A stretch of DNA of 64,000 nucleotides from Bacteroidia bacterium (GTDB lineage Bacteria; Bacteroidota; Bacteroidia; M30B66): contig JBKCHQ010000254.1 of assembly GCA_046302715.1 (NCBI GenBank), positions 20-64,019 on the forward strand. The letters run 5' to 3'. Position 1 is the stretch's first letter, and every line of letters starts with the position of its first letter. Positions 11,790-22,100 of this stretch are shown piece after piece. A model generated the notes under the pieces. It saw nothing but the letters and a program-made list of their open reading frames with translations, did no database searches and had not been told where the DNA came from. A program made the translations under genes and the position numbers.

Positions 11790-12569
11790 TTATTTGGTAG
11801 TCAGTTTATTTGAAAGGGCGGCAAAGTACGCACTTTTTTCGGGATTTAACAAACTTAATTTTTGATATATACGAATTGCCCGTGCGTGGTCGCCTTGCTC
11901 TGCATATATGCGTGCAAGCGTTTCAGAAACAATGTCATCACGCTCTTCTATACTTTTACGAGCCATTTCTATCGGCGAATAAAAAGAGGCTTTCGACTCC
12001 GGCTTAATCTGATGGTTGGTTTTTAAAAAAGCTCTCAGCAACTCCTCTCGGTCGCGCTCCTTTTCGGCATCCTGTTCGATGTTTTTTTCATTAACCGCTT
12101 TGAGCCAGGCGCCAAAACTTCTCTTCTGTTTTTCGATTGGAGCTTCATCAATTGTTTGAGGTTTATTCGATTCTTTATACTCTGTTACAAGTTCTGGGTA
12201 GCTTTGTATTTCTTCGAAAAGCTGTAGCTCGTTAACGGTAAGCTGCAACTCCGGTATCAATGTTTGTTCTGGAGCCTCTTCCCCTTCACTCGCCGAATCG
12301 ATAACAAGAGCAGGATTTGTATTTTCTGATTGTAACCTGGCAGTCTTTTCAAAAAGAAATTTCTTCAGTTGTTGCCGATCCGGAGCCATAAGGGCCACCT
12401 TTTTTAGGGTTGGGGTGTACTCTGCAGAATTTTGTTGCTGCAGCTGCTTTAAGTGAGCAGCGGAAGCTAGGTAGAAGTATGGATAAACGGCCCAAACATC
12501 TTTGAAATTTAGCAATTCACTTGAGTATTCGGAGCCTTTCAAATATTTCAATACCGCATCCCCTGACAT
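11790..12569 (-). CDS. Hypothetical protein with C-terminal TPR-like motif
   Basis: 259 aa. No signal peptide. Acidic/Gln-rich middle region. The C-terminus (…ARIYAEQGDHARAIRIYQKLSLLNPEKSAYF…) resembles a TPR repeat. No family assignment is possible by eye. Confidence 0.4.
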   Translation of the reverse strand: MSGDAVLKYLKGSEYSSELLNFKDVWAVYPYFYLASAAHLKQLQQQNSAEYTPTLKKVALMAPDRQQLKKFLFEKTARLQSENTNPALVIDSASEGEEAPEQTLIPELQLTVNELQLFEEIQSYPELVTEYKESNKPQTIDEAPIEKQKRSFGAWLKAVNEKNIEQDAEKERDREELLRAFLKTNHQIKPESKASFYSPIEMARKSIEERDDIVSETLARIYAEQGDHARAIRIYQKLSLLNPEKSAYFAALSNKLTTK

Positions 12570-12572
12570 AAA

Positions 12573-13079
12573 TTACCAATTTATTAGCGCTTTGTTAAAT
12601 ATATCCTGTGCAAGTTGCTGATTTATTTCCTTTATAAGTTCTTGCTCTACATTACTAAGGTTTTGACTTGCCGGAAAGTCGGCAAAACGAGAAAAGCTCT
12701 GTTCAAAATCTTTTTCGGGATCCAGTTTATTACTAAAAGACACCTTAACTACAATGGTAAGCCTATTGGAAGCCGCAGCATTATTTGAAATTCCTACTGG
12801 ACTTACTCTGTAATCCGTAATACTCCCTTGTATTTGAAGGTCTCCCGACTTCGGCACCAATGACAGACGGCTTTGTGTCTGAAAAAAATTTCGAAGATCC
12901 TCGGTAAAGGATTGGCTTAAAGTAGGCTGAACCAAACTGGCATTGTTATTAAAAAAAGCGATACTTATCGTTTTGGCGTTGCCCGCATCGCCGGCATTTA
13001 ATGAAATACGGCATGAAACGCAGGTAAATAACAAAAAAAACAAATACGCCTTAATGACACGACTAAAGATTAATCTCAT
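12573..13079 (-). CDS. lptE: LptE-family lipoprotein (LPS assembly, putative)
   Basis: The likely start MRLIFSRVIKAYLFFLLFTCVSC gives a lipoprotein signal with lipobox Cys; the track ORF extends to 13163 and overlaps the upstream gene. The C-terminal part (…NRLTIVVKVSFSN…FEQSFSRFADF…) resembles Bacteroidetes LptE-family proteins. Confidence 0.6.
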   Translation of the reverse strand: MRLIFSRVIKAYLFFLLFTCVSCRISLNAGDAGNAKTISIAFFNNNASLVQPTLSQSFTEDLRNFFQTQSRLSLVPKSGDLQIQGSITDYRVSPVGISNNAAASNRLTIVVKVSFSNKLDPEKDFEQSFSRFADFPASQNLSNVEQELIKEINQQLAQDIFNKALINW

Positions 13080-14316
13080 ATTCCTTAATCTTTCTGTATA
13101 ATGTTCTTTCCGAAATACCCAACTCGGTTGCAGCATTTTTTCTTCTGCCTCTGTATTTTTCAAGCGCCTTAATAATTAGCTCCTTTTCGCGCTCCTCCAA
13201 AGAAAGGCTTTCCTCCACCACCTCCTCATGATGACTAATAGTCGGGCTGTTTACCGGGGTAACATAGGGCGGCGGCGTAATTAATGGCTGTTGTGGAATC
13301 ATTGAACCAAAGCTTACTGGCGTTTGCTGAATCTCCTGTTGCATTCTGGAAACAAACTGTTCGTTTTCCTCAGTCATCAAGCCAGTAGTGGGTGTTCCTT
13401 GAATAATATTCGACAGAATTTTTTTCATTTCCACCATATCACGCTTCATGTCGAAAAGCACCTTATATAATATTTCGCGCTCCGAAAATTCGCTGGCACT
13501 ATCACTTTTATTAATGGCCGGCAACAGGCTTCCGGGCTGTCCCGGCAAATAACGCAACAGTGTTTCGGCATCTATCTGCCGATTGTTTTCAATGATAGAA
13601 ATTTGCTCAGTAACATTTTTAAGTTGACGCACGTTTCCTGGCCAGCGATAATTTAAAAGCTGTTGTATGGCATGCTCATCTAAACGAATGGCGGGCATTC
13701 TATATTTTTCGGCAAAATCAGAAGCAAACTTCCTAAAAAGAAGGGCAATGTCACTCCCCCTATCCCTCAACGATGGAATTACGATTGGTACAGTGTTCAA
13801 TCGGTAATACAAGTCCTCCCTAAACTTACCTTTTGAAATAGCCTCGGGAATATTCACGTTTGTTGCGGCCACAATTCGCACGTCTGTTTTTAGCACTTTC
13901 GACGCCCCCACCTTTATAAACTCGCCGCTTTCTAGCACCCTTAAAAGCCTAACTTGTGTTTGAAGCGGCAGTTCGGCTACTTCATCCAAAAAAATGGTGC
14001 CCCCATTAGCCACCTCAAAATATCCCTTCCGTGCTTCGTTGGCGCCTGTGAAAGACCCTTTTTCGTGCCCAAAAAGTTCTGAATCAATGGTGCCTTCTGG
14101 AATTGCTCCGCAGTTTACGGCAATAAAACTTCCGTGTTTTCTTGTAGAATACGCATGGATGAGCTTTGAAAAAACTTCCTTTCCCGTTCCACTTTCTCCG
14201 GTAATTAAAACAGTAAGGTCTGTACCCGAAACCCTCCAAGCAGTGTCAATGGCACGATCAAGCGCCGGCGATGCTCCGATTATTCCGAATCTGTTTTTTA
14301 TTTCCTGTACATTCAT
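13063..14316 (-). CDS. Sigma-54-dependent transcriptional activator (AAA+ sigma-54 interaction domain + C-terminal Fis-type HTH; no N-terminal receiver/sensor domain)
   Basis: Walker A (GESGTGKE) lies 40 residues from the N-terminus. ESGEF…GAF-type 'GAFTGA'-like loop (GSFTGA). An arginine-finger region. The C-terminus (…AATELGISERTLYRKIKEY…) is an HTH. The Pro/Gln-rich linker separates the AAA+ and HTH domains. Confidence 0.85.
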   Translation of the reverse strand: MNVQEIKNRFGIIGASPALDRAIDTAWRVSGTDLTVLITGESGTGKEVFSKLIHAYSTRKHGSFIAVNCGAIPEGTIDSELFGHEKGSFTGANEARKGYFEVANGGTIFLDEVAELPLQTQVRLLRVLESGEFIKVGASKVLKTDVRIVAATNVNIPEAISKGKFREDLYYRLNTVPIVIPSLRDRGSDIALLFRKFASDFAEKYRMPAIRLDEHAIQQLLNYRWPGNVRQLKNVTEQISIIENNRQIDAETLLRYLPGQPGSLLPAINKSDSASEFSEREILYKVLFDMKRDMVEMKKILSNIIQGTPTTGLMTEENEQFVSRMQQEIQQTPVSFGSMIPQQPLITPPPYVTPVNSPTISHHEEVVEESLSLEEREKELIIKALEKYRGRRKNAATELGISERTLYRKIKEYEINL

Positions 14317-14343
14317 AATATATATAGATGTATCCTTGGGGAA

Positions 14344-15780
14344 TCAAATACTATCGCCCAAAAGTGTTGCCGCAGTGCATGAGTGTATCATAACTTCGAC
14401 ATATTCTCCTGACTTGAATTCTTTTCGCGGAAACACTACCACCTTATTTTGCGTAGTTCGCCCCGATAAAAATTCAGGCGAGCGTTTAGACGGACCCTCA
14501 ATCAAAACCATAAATTTTTTGCCTACGTCACGTTGATTGCTCTCCAAAGAAAGCCGGTTCTGCAATTGAATAATTTCATTGAGGCGGTTTAGTTTTACTT
14601 CTTCCGGAATATCATCGGCATATTTACGTTCGGCAAGCGTCTTCGGGCGCTCAGAATATCTGAACATGTAAGCAAAATCATACGCTACTTTCTCCATTAG
14701 AGAAAGTGTTTCCTTATGCTCTTCATCGGTTTCGCTGCAAAAACCTGCGATGATATCCGTTGAAATCCCGCAATCCGGTATAATTCTCCGAATCGCCGCA
14801 ATGCGCTCTAAATACCATTCGCGAGTATATTGACGGTTCATAAGTTCGAGGACACGACTGTTGCCCGACTGTACCGGCAAGTGTATATACTTGCAAATAT
14901 TCTCGTGGGCCGCCATCACCTCCAAAACACGATCAGTCATATCCTTTGGATGCGACGTAGAAAAACGGATGCGCATGCCGGGAACTGCTACGGCCACCAT
15001 TTGAAGCAAGTCTGCAAAACTTGTTGCTTCGTCAAGCTCCTTCTTGGTGTAGGCCTCCTTTTTTAAGCCCCCTCCGGTCCACAAATAGGAATCTACATTT
15101 TGTCCCAAAAGCGTAACCTCTTTGTATCCATTTTCCCAAAGCGACTGCGCCTCTTTAACAATAGTTTGCGGGTCACGGCTGCGTTCGCGGCCGCGGGTAA
15201 ACGGCACAACACAAAAAGAGCACATGTTGTCGCAACCGCGGGTAATCGAAATAAATGCGGTAATACCATTTCCTCCTAAACGAACCGGATTAATATCGGC
15301 ATACGTTTCTTCTTTCGAGAGAATAACATTAATTGCCTTTTGGCCGTCCTCAGCCGTCCTCAGCAAATTGGGCAAGTCTCTATATGCATCGGGACCAACC
15401 ACCAAATCAACCAGCTGCTCCTCTTCTAATAACTTGGCTTTTAGACGTTCGGCCATACACCCCAAAACACCAATTATAGCGTCTGGGTTATTTCGTTTAA
15501 TGCGGTTAAACTCAGTAAGACGGTTTCTAACACGCTGTTCGGCATTGTCGCGAATAGCGCAGGTGTTTACCAAAACCACATCAGCCTCATCCAGATTTGC
15601 AGTGGTTTGAAAACCGTTTTCCTTTAATATGGAGGCCACTATTTCGCTATCCGAAAAATTCATCTGGCAGCCATAGCTTTCTAAAAAAAGCTTCTTTCCC
15701 CGAAACTCTTTTTCTCCCATTTGAGATGTTGTGTACACCTCTCCTTGTCGGTTTTCGTCAATAATTTTGTGTTGCGACAT
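14344..15780 (-). CDS. miaB: tRNA-2-methylthio-N6-dimethylallyladenosine synthase (radical SAM methylthiotransferase MiaB)
   Basis: 478 aa. N-terminal MTTase domain Cys residues. Radical-SAM CxxxCxxC (CDNMCSFC). C-terminal TRAM domain. Confidence 0.93.
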   Translation of the reverse strand: MSQHKIIDENRQGEVYTTSQMGEKEFRGKKLFLESYGCQMNFSDSEIVASILKENGFQTTANLDEADVVLVNTCAIRDNAEQRVRNRLTEFNRIKRNNPDAIIGVLGCMAERLKAKLLEEEQLVDLVVGPDAYRDLPNLLRTAEDGQKAINVILSKEETYADINPVRLGGNGITAFISITRGCDNMCSFCVVPFTRGRERSRDPQTIVKEAQSLWENGYKEVTLLGQNVDSYLWTGGGLKKEAYTKKELDEATSFADLLQMVAVAVPGMRIRFSTSHPKDMTDRVLEVMAAHENICKYIHLPVQSGNSRVLELMNRQYTREWYLERIAAIRRIIPDCGISTDIIAGFCSETDEEHKETLSLMEKVAYDFAYMFRYSERPKTLAERKYADDIPEEVKLNRLNEIIQLQNRLSLESNQRDVGKKFMVLIEGPSKRSPEFLSGRTTQNKVVVFPRKEFKSGEYVEVMIHSCTAATLLGDSI

Positions 15781-15966
15781 TTACTCGTTCATGTTAAATA
15801 TGTAGCAAAGTTAGCCAAGATTAACAATCTGCCAAAATGTCACCGATTTCTGGGGGCGATTTCACTTTTGAAGGATGTATATATTAATGTATAAATTCGA
15901 AAAATTTGGTTTGGAGCAATTTCTTTGTTTTTCTTTGCGGTCCTAACCTAAATTAAAAACAGGCAA

Positions 15967-18411
15967 ATGAGCACAAAAAAAAACACGGAAAATACTTATA
16001 AAAACCTTGTTATTGTTGAGTCTCCGGCAAAAGCCAAAACCATCATGGGCTATTTGGGCCCTGATTATTTGGTAGAATCTTCGTTCGGCCACATTCGCGA
16101 TTTGTGCGATGGTTGCCCGCCCAAAACGGAAGACTGCCCCAAAACGTGCTTTGTAAAAGCGAAAGGGAAGAAAAAGACCTCTGTGCCTGGGGTTAACATT
16201 GATGCCGATTTTGAGCCCTGCTATCGTGTCCCCAAAGAAAAAAAGGAATTGGTGGCCAAACTAAAAAAATTGTCGAAAGAAGCCGATAAAGTTTGGCTGG
16301 CATCCGATGAAGACCGTGAAGGAGAGGCCATTGCATGGCATATTTATGATGAGCTTCAATTAACCGATGATAAAACCCACCGAATAGTATTTCACGAGAT
16401 TACCAAACCAGCTATTTTAAAGGCGGTTCAAAATCCCCGAAAGGTAGATCTCCACATGACCGACGCCCAACAGGCTCGGCGTATTTTAGACCGAATCGTA
16501 GGGTATGAGCTTTCTCCTGTTCTCTGGAAAAAAGTTAAACCGTCTCTATCGGCCGGTCGCGTGCAATCGGTGGCGGTAAGATTAATTGTAGAGCGTGAGC
16601 GTGAAATACAACGCTTTAAAAGCGAATCCGCTTTTCGGGTTTCCGGCATATTCGAAGTTTCGAATGGTGCTAAAAAAAGTGCGTTCAAAGCCGTGCTCCC
16701 CAATCGCTTTTCGAATCGTGCCGATGCTGAACAATACCTAAACGCTTGCTTAGGGTCAACATTCAGTATTGGGAAAATTGAGAAAAAACCCTCAAAAAAG
16801 TCTCCTTCTTCTCCCTTTACAACATCTACCCTGCAACAAGAGGCCTCTCGTAAACTTGGTTTTTCGGTAACCCAAACCATGGTTCTTGCTCAAAAACTAT
16901 ACGAGGCAGGAAAAATATCATACATGCGAACCGACAGTGTAAATCTTTCGGAAACAGCCCTCGAAGCAGCAAAAAAACAAATAAGTACTCAGTACGGACC
17001 CGAATATCATCAGCAAATAAAATTTGCAAACAAAAACACAGGCGCCCCGGAAGCCCACGAAGCCATTCGTCCAACCGACATGTCGGAGCGGTCGGCTGGA
17101 GGTGATAGCGCAGAAAAACGGCTCTATGATTTGATTTGGAAACGAACCATTGCCAGTCAAATGGCAGATGCCGCTTTGGAGAAAACAACAGCCCAGATAG
17201 TTCCCTCAAATTCGTCATTACATTTAGAGGCGCAAGGGGAAGTAATTCTGTTTGACGGTTTTTTAAAAGTGTACACCGAATCTCGCGATGAGGGCGACAC
17301 CGCCATTGACGAAGAAGAAAATGGCAATATTCTTCCTGCGATGACACAAGGCCAGCAGGCTACGATGAAAGAGCTTACGGCTACGCAAAAATTCAGCACG
17401 CCTCCTCCGCGATACACCGAAGCCGCGCTGGTAAAAAAACTTGAGGAGTTGGGGATTGGACGCCCGTCAACCTATGCGCCTACAATCTCAACAGTGCAAA
17501 AAAGAAATTATGTGGTGAAAGAAGATCGGGAAGGCAATGAACGACGCTACGAAATTTTACACATTAAGGATCAAAAGGTAGTTTCAGAAACGAAAACAGA
17601 AATTACCGGCTCTGAAAAAAATAAACTATTTCCCACCGATATTGGCGGCGTAGTTAATGATTTTCTGAAAGAGCATTTTGAGCAAATTATGGACTATCAT
17701 TTCACCGCTAAGGTAGAAAAAGAGTTCGACGAAATTGCCGAAGAACAAAAAGGCTGGAAACAAATGTTGAGGGGTTTTTACTCTCCGTTTCATCTTACTG
17801 TCGATAAAACGGTGGAGGAGTCAGAACGTGCTACCGGCGCTCGCCTTTTGGGCTCCGACCCTCAGAGTGGTAAGGCTGTATATGCTCGCATTGGTCGTTA
17901 CGGCCCTTTAGCACAGATCGGAGAAAACGAAGATGCCGACAAGCGTTTTGCTAACCTTAGAAAAGGACAAAGTATTGACACCATTACCCTTGAAGAGGCC
18001 CTTGATTTGTTTAAACTACCCCGCAAGCTAAACGAATTCGAAGGAAAAGAAATGGTTATTGGAATTGGTAAATTTGGTCCATACATTAGGCATAATAGTG
18101 CATTTTATTCCATAGCAAAAGGAATAGATCCTCTTATGATTGAAGCCGAACAGGCCATTGAAATCATTCTTGCCAAAAGACTGGCCGATGCAAATAAAAT
18201 TATAAAGACCTTTACGGAGGATTCGGAAATAAAGGTTTTAAATGGACGATTTGGGCCTTATATAGCACGAGGAAAAGAAAATTTCAAAATTCCGAAAGAC
18301 TTGGTAGCCGCAGATTTAAGCTATGAAAATTGTTTGGCAATTATTGAAAAGGCTAAAGACGCAGACAATGGCTCTAAGGCCAAAAAAAGAGTATTTAAAG
18401 CACGGAAATAA
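15967..18411 (+). CDS. topA: DNA topoisomerase I
   Basis: 814 aa. The Toprim N-terminus (LVIVESPAKAKTI…) has a Cys-rich insertion. Active-site Tyr region (…KISYMRTDS…). C-terminal topo I DNA-binding repeats. Confidence 0.95.
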   Translation: MSTKKNTENTYKNLVIVESPAKAKTIMGYLGPDYLVESSFGHIRDLCDGCPPKTEDCPKTCFVKAKGKKKTSVPGVNIDADFEPCYRVPKEKKELVAKLKKLSKEADKVWLASDEDREGEAIAWHIYDELQLTDDKTHRIVFHEITKPAILKAVQNPRKVDLHMTDAQQARRILDRIVGYELSPVLWKKVKPSLSAGRVQSVAVRLIVEREREIQRFKSESAFRVSGIFEVSNGAKKSAFKAVLPNRFSNRADAEQYLNACLGSTFSIGKIEKKPSKKSPSSPFTTSTLQQEASRKLGFSVTQTMVLAQKLYEAGKISYMRTDSVNLSETALEAAKKQISTQYGPEYHQQIKFANKNTGAPEAHEAIRPTDMSERSAGGDSAEKRLYDLIWKRTIASQMADAALEKTTAQIVPSNSSLHLEAQGEVILFDGFLKVYTESRDEGDTAIDEEENGNILPAMTQGQQATMKELTATQKFSTPPPRYTEAALVKKLEELGIGRPSTYAPTISTVQKRNYVVKEDREGNERRYEILHIKDQKVVSETKTEITGSEKNKLFPTDIGGVVNDFLKEHFEQIMDYHFTAKVEKEFDEIAEEQKGWKQMLRGFYSPFHLTVDKTVEESERATGARLLGSDPQSGKAVYARIGRYGPLAQIGENEDADKRFANLRKGQSIDTITLEEALDLFKLPRKLNEFEGKEMVIGIGKFGPYIRHNSAFYSIAKGIDPLMIEAEQAIEIILAKRLADANKIIKTFTEDSEIKVLNGRFGPYIARGKENFKIPKDLVAADLSYENCLAIIEKAKDADNGSKAKKRVFKARK

Positions 18412-18423
18412 AATTATTTTATC

Positions 18424-19551
18424 ATGAGTGTTTTAAAGCTATTTTCCTTAGAACAAACGGAGCACGTTTTATCGTATTCCAACAGCGGTGGCAAACTTGG
18501 TTCTTATGTGAATTTGCTTAATGGCGATTTTTTTGTGGAGCAAAAAACTCCCGGTATTGCCTTATTGTCGGTTTCAGAACCTGGGGAGAGTGACGTTTTT
18601 GAGGCCATTCGAAAAGAATTGTTTAGCCTTTATCCATCAAATAAAAACTGGACGATAGCCGATGCCGGGCATTATATAGGAGAGCCCGATCAATTAGCAG
18701 AAACACTAAAAGAGTTGCGGGAATTGGGTTTTACATTAATGGTTATGTCCACCAGTCAAACAACTACGCATTACATTTATCAATCGTTTTGTCTAGCGCA
18801 GGAAACCGTGAATTTAACCTCTATTGATGAGGCTCCAGACTTAAATGAACCTGATGATATTCTGGGCGAAAAAAACTGGCTTACACATTTAATTTCATAT
18901 TCGCCCAATTTTTTATTCAATTATTCATTAATCGGGTGCCAGCAATATTTATGTAATCCCGATTTTTTGAATGTACTCAACGACTTTCATTTTGATGTTG
19001 TTCGGCTTGGAAGTGTGCGGGATAATATTAAATTAGTAGAGCCCTATTTTAGAAATTCAGACATTGTTAGTTTTGATTTAGCTGCATTTAAAAGTCATGA
19101 TATACCTGGGCTGATGGGTGCAGGATCTAACGGATTAAATTCAGAAGAAGGCTGCAGACTTATGCGTTATATTGGTATAAGCAATAAAGTTAAAGTTGCA
19201 GCATTATCCGGATTTTTTGAATCTACAGATTACGGCCGGTCAGCAGGACTAACAGCACAATTAATTTGGCATTATTGCGATGGTTTTTTTAACCGAACCT
19301 CCGATGGCAATATTGGTAATTCTGAAGAATACATTACCTATAAAGTGAATGCAGCGATTGAAGGCGACGAATTGGTTTTTTATAAAAATATGCGCAACGG
19401 CAAATGGTGGATTAATGTTACTGCGCCCCACAAAGAGCACGGAAAACCCAAAAGAAGAAATTTGGTGCCCTGCAATTATGAAGACTACATTCAAGCCAGC
19501 AATGGCGAAGTACCTGATGTATGGTGGCGGCATTACATGAAAAGCACTTAA
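18424..19551 (+). CDS. Arginase/formimidoylglutamase-fold protein with apparently degenerate Mn-binding motifs
   Basis: 375 aa. A region resembling the arginase-family SxDxDxxDP…PG motif (VSFDLAAFKSHDIPG) is missing the second Asp. I could not find a GGDHS-like first motif. The assignment is made by eye and not verified. Confidence 0.45.
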   Translation: MSVLKLFSLEQTEHVLSYSNSGGKLGSYVNLLNGDFFVEQKTPGIALLSVSEPGESDVFEAIRKELFSLYPSNKNWTIADAGHYIGEPDQLAETLKELRELGFTLMVMSTSQTTTHYIYQSFCLAQETVNLTSIDEAPDLNEPDDILGEKNWLTHLISYSPNFLFNYSLIGCQQYLCNPDFLNVLNDFHFDVVRLGSVRDNIKLVEPYFRNSDIVSFDLAAFKSHDIPGLMGAGSNGLNSEEGCRLMRYIGISNKVKVAALSGFFESTDYGRSAGLTAQLIWHYCDGFFNRTSDGNIGNSEEYITYKVNAAIEGDELVFYKNMRNGKWWINVTAPHKEHGKPKRRNLVPCNYEDYIQASNGEVPDVWWRHYMKST

Positions 19552-19693
19552 TTTATCTTGCTTGTTTTTAGGTGTTTAGTTGTTTTGGGTCGGTATTTAT
19601 TAACCGTTTATTCACAATAATGCTTGCGCATACGAAATTTATTTTCGTACTTTAGCGACCCTTATAGTACAAAAACGCATATAGATCACACTA

Positions 19694-20605
19694 ATGAAAT
19701 TACGCTATACCGCATCTTTACTGTGCTTTGCAGCACTTCAGGCTACCGCTCAGCAGGATCCACAATTGAGTATGAATATGTTCAATCGCATGGCCGTTAA
19801 TCCGGGATATGCCGGCACCACAGGAGCTATATGTGGAACCGCCATTGGACGTCAGCAATGGATGGGATTCGAAGGCGCCCCTAGCACCTTCATATTAAAC
19901 CTCGATGCTCCTATTAATGCTATTAAAGGAGGTTTGGGGCTTTCTATAATGAGCGACAGAATTGGTGTAGAAAATACTGTTGGAGCAAATTTATCATATG
20001 CTTACCACCATAAAATTGGCGACGGGCTCTTAGGGGGCGGCCTCAATTTGGGCTTCATGAGCAAGACATTAAATGATGGTTTAAATCCGCTTCAGTCAGG
20101 CGATCAATCCATTCCTTCTTCGGCTGTTTCTGCCACTGTGTTTGATTTAGGTGTTGGAGCATATTATACCTCTCCAAAATTTTATGCCGGTATATCTGCT
20201 ACTCATTTGCCACAATCAACATTCAGCATGGGCACCGTAGAATACAAATCGCGGATGCACCTTTATTTAATGGGCGGCTATAATTTACAGCTTGCTAATC
20301 CCGATTTAATGGTAGTTCCATCATTATTTGTAAAAAATGCAGCTACCACACAATTTGATTTAAATTGTAACGTTCACTATAAAAACCGCTACTGGGGAGG
20401 AGTATCATACCGTATGCAAGATGCTGTTGTTGTAATGTTAGGAGGAAATGTGTGGAAAGATTTGAAACTCGGTCTTGCTTACGACGTAAATACTTCTAAG
20501 CTTAATCCCTATAACAACGGTACTTTAGAGTTTATGCTTAACTATTGTTTTAAAATTAAAATTGAAAAGCCACGTCAGGTTTATCGTAACGTAAGATATT
20601 TATAA
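19694..20605 (+). CDS. Type IX secretion system membrane protein PorP/SprF family
   Basis: 303 aa. Signal peptide followed by the family-typical N-terminus (QQDPQLSMNMFNRMAVNPGYAG). The whole protein is beta-barrel-like. Sits immediately upstream of gldK as in porP-porKLMN. Confidence 0.8.
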   Translation: MKLRYTASLLCFAALQATAQQDPQLSMNMFNRMAVNPGYAGTTGAICGTAIGRQQWMGFEGAPSTFILNLDAPINAIKGGLGLSIMSDRIGVENTVGANLSYAYHHKIGDGLLGGGLNLGFMSKTLNDGLNPLQSGDQSIPSSAVSATVFDLGVGAYYTSPKFYAGISATHLPQSTFSMGTVEYKSRMHLYLMGGYNLQLANPDLMVVPSLFVKNAATTQFDLNCNVHYKNRYWGGVSYRMQDAVVVMLGGNVWKDLKLGLAYDVNTSKLNPYNNGTLEFMLNYCFKIKIEKPRQVYRNVRYL

Positions 20606-20703
20606 TTTTTGAAGAAACCGTTTGCCTCATCGCTCGTTAATCACCCTCACAAAAAGGCAAAACGATTGTCAATAAACACAATCCTCATCTAACCATAAAA
20701 TAT

Positions 20704-22035
20704 ATGATGAAGCCAATCAAATTTACCACGCTGAATGCCCTAGGTGGCATAAGCATAGGTGCAGCAATGCTCCTCAGCAGCTGTGGCAATGACGGTAACG
20801 GATACCTTACAGGTGTTCAAGGCCGAGTGAACTGGTTCCAGGAAGATCCGTACGGTATGGTGTATATACCTATGGGGAGCTTTAATATGGGCCCCAACGA
20901 TCAGGATGTTACTTTTGGCGTTACCGCTCAAAGCAAAACCGTTTCGCTTCCTGCATTTTACATGGATCAGACGGAAATCACGAACAATGAGTACCGCCAA
21001 TTTGTATATTGGGTTCGAGATTCTATTGCTCGTCGTATGCTCGGTGAGGTGGACGAAGAAACTTGGCTCATCACCACCGATGAGTATGAACAGGATTATC
21101 CTGTGCCCCACTTAAATTGGGAAGAAAAGTTAAAATATGATGATAAAGACGAAGAAATTCGGGAGGCGTTGGAGCCAATGTATTTGCCCGAGAACGAGCG
21201 TTTTTATGGACGTAAAGAATTTGACACCCGCAAGTTTTACTACGACTTCTGGTGGATTGATTATCAGGCAGCCGCTAAACGTGTAAACCGTCCGCAAGGC
21301 TTGAAAGATCGTTCTAAATTTATTGTCAAAGAGTCGGTTCATGTGTACCCCGATACTTTAGCCTGGGTACATGATTTCACCTACTCATACAATGAGCCGT
21401 TGACCAATATGTACTTCTGGCATCCCGGTTATGATGATTATCCGGTGGTAGGTGTAAACTGGAAGCAGGCACGTGCTTTTAGTGTGTGGCGTACTAATTT
21501 GCGCAACAACTATCTGGCGAATAACGAAGATTATTACGAGCAAAACTACCGTCTTCCAACGGAGTCGGAGTGGGAATACGCATCTCGTGGTGGTCTTGAA
21601 CTTAGCCCTTATCCTTGGGGAGGTCCGTACATTCGAAATAGTGTGGGATGCTTTTTAGCCAATTTTAAACCTTTGAGAGGTAATTACATTGACGACGGCG
21701 GATTAACGACCCTAAGAGCCGATTCTTACAATCCTAATGGCTATGGTCTTTATTGTATGGCTGGTAATGTTGCCGAATGGACTAGCAATGCCTTTGACGA
21801 ATCGGCATACAACTTCTCTCATGACAACAGCCCCGATTATACCTACGAAGCCAAAGAGTCAGACCCTATTGTTATGAAGCGCAAAGTAATTCGTGGCGGT
21901 TCGTGGAAAGATGTTGCATACTTCCTTCAAACAAGCACGCGTTCATACGAATATCAGGATACTGCAAAATGCTACATTGGCTTTAGATGTGCGATTTCAT
22001 ACATCGGTCGCGATAAATACGATGAGGCCGAATAA
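20704..22035 (+). CDS. gldK: Gliding motility / T9SS lipoprotein GldK (PorK), FGE-sulfatase (formylglycine-generating-enzyme-like) fold
   Basis: Lipoprotein signal (…LLSSCGNDG). FGE-sulfatase-like motifs (…VIRGGSWKD…, …GFRCA…). Position at the head of gldKLMN. Confidence 0.9.
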   Translation: MMKPIKFTTLNALGGISIGAAMLLSSCGNDGNGYLTGVQGRVNWFQEDPYGMVYIPMGSFNMGPNDQDVTFGVTAQSKTVSLPAFYMDQTEITNNEYRQFVYWVRDSIARRMLGEVDEETWLITTDEYEQDYPVPHLNWEEKLKYDDKDEEIREALEPMYLPENERFYGRKEFDTRKFYYDFWWIDYQAAAKRVNRPQGLKDRSKFIVKESVHVYPDTLAWVHDFTYSYNEPLTNMYFWHPGYDDYPVVGVNWKQARAFSVWRTNLRNNYLANNEDYYEQNYRLPTESEWEYASRGGLELSPYPWGGPYIRNSVGCFLANFKPLRGNYIDDGGLTTLRADSYNPNGYGLYCMAGNVAEWTSNAFDESAYNFSHDNSPDYTYEAKESDPIVMKRKVIRGGSWKDVAYFLQTSTRSYEYQDTAKCYIGFRCAISYIGRDKYDEAE

Positions 22036-22100
22036 TCTATCCTTTTCAAATCTGTAACTTTAATTTTTCTAATAACCACACAACTTAACACTTAAAAACA

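Noticed and set aside
19631-19649. Hairpin TACGAAA-tttat-TTTCGTA upstream of porP
   Set aside because: Short 7-bp A/T-rich stem without a following U-tract. It could be a weak terminator for the arginase-like gene or part of the porP promoter, and is not distinctive enough to call.
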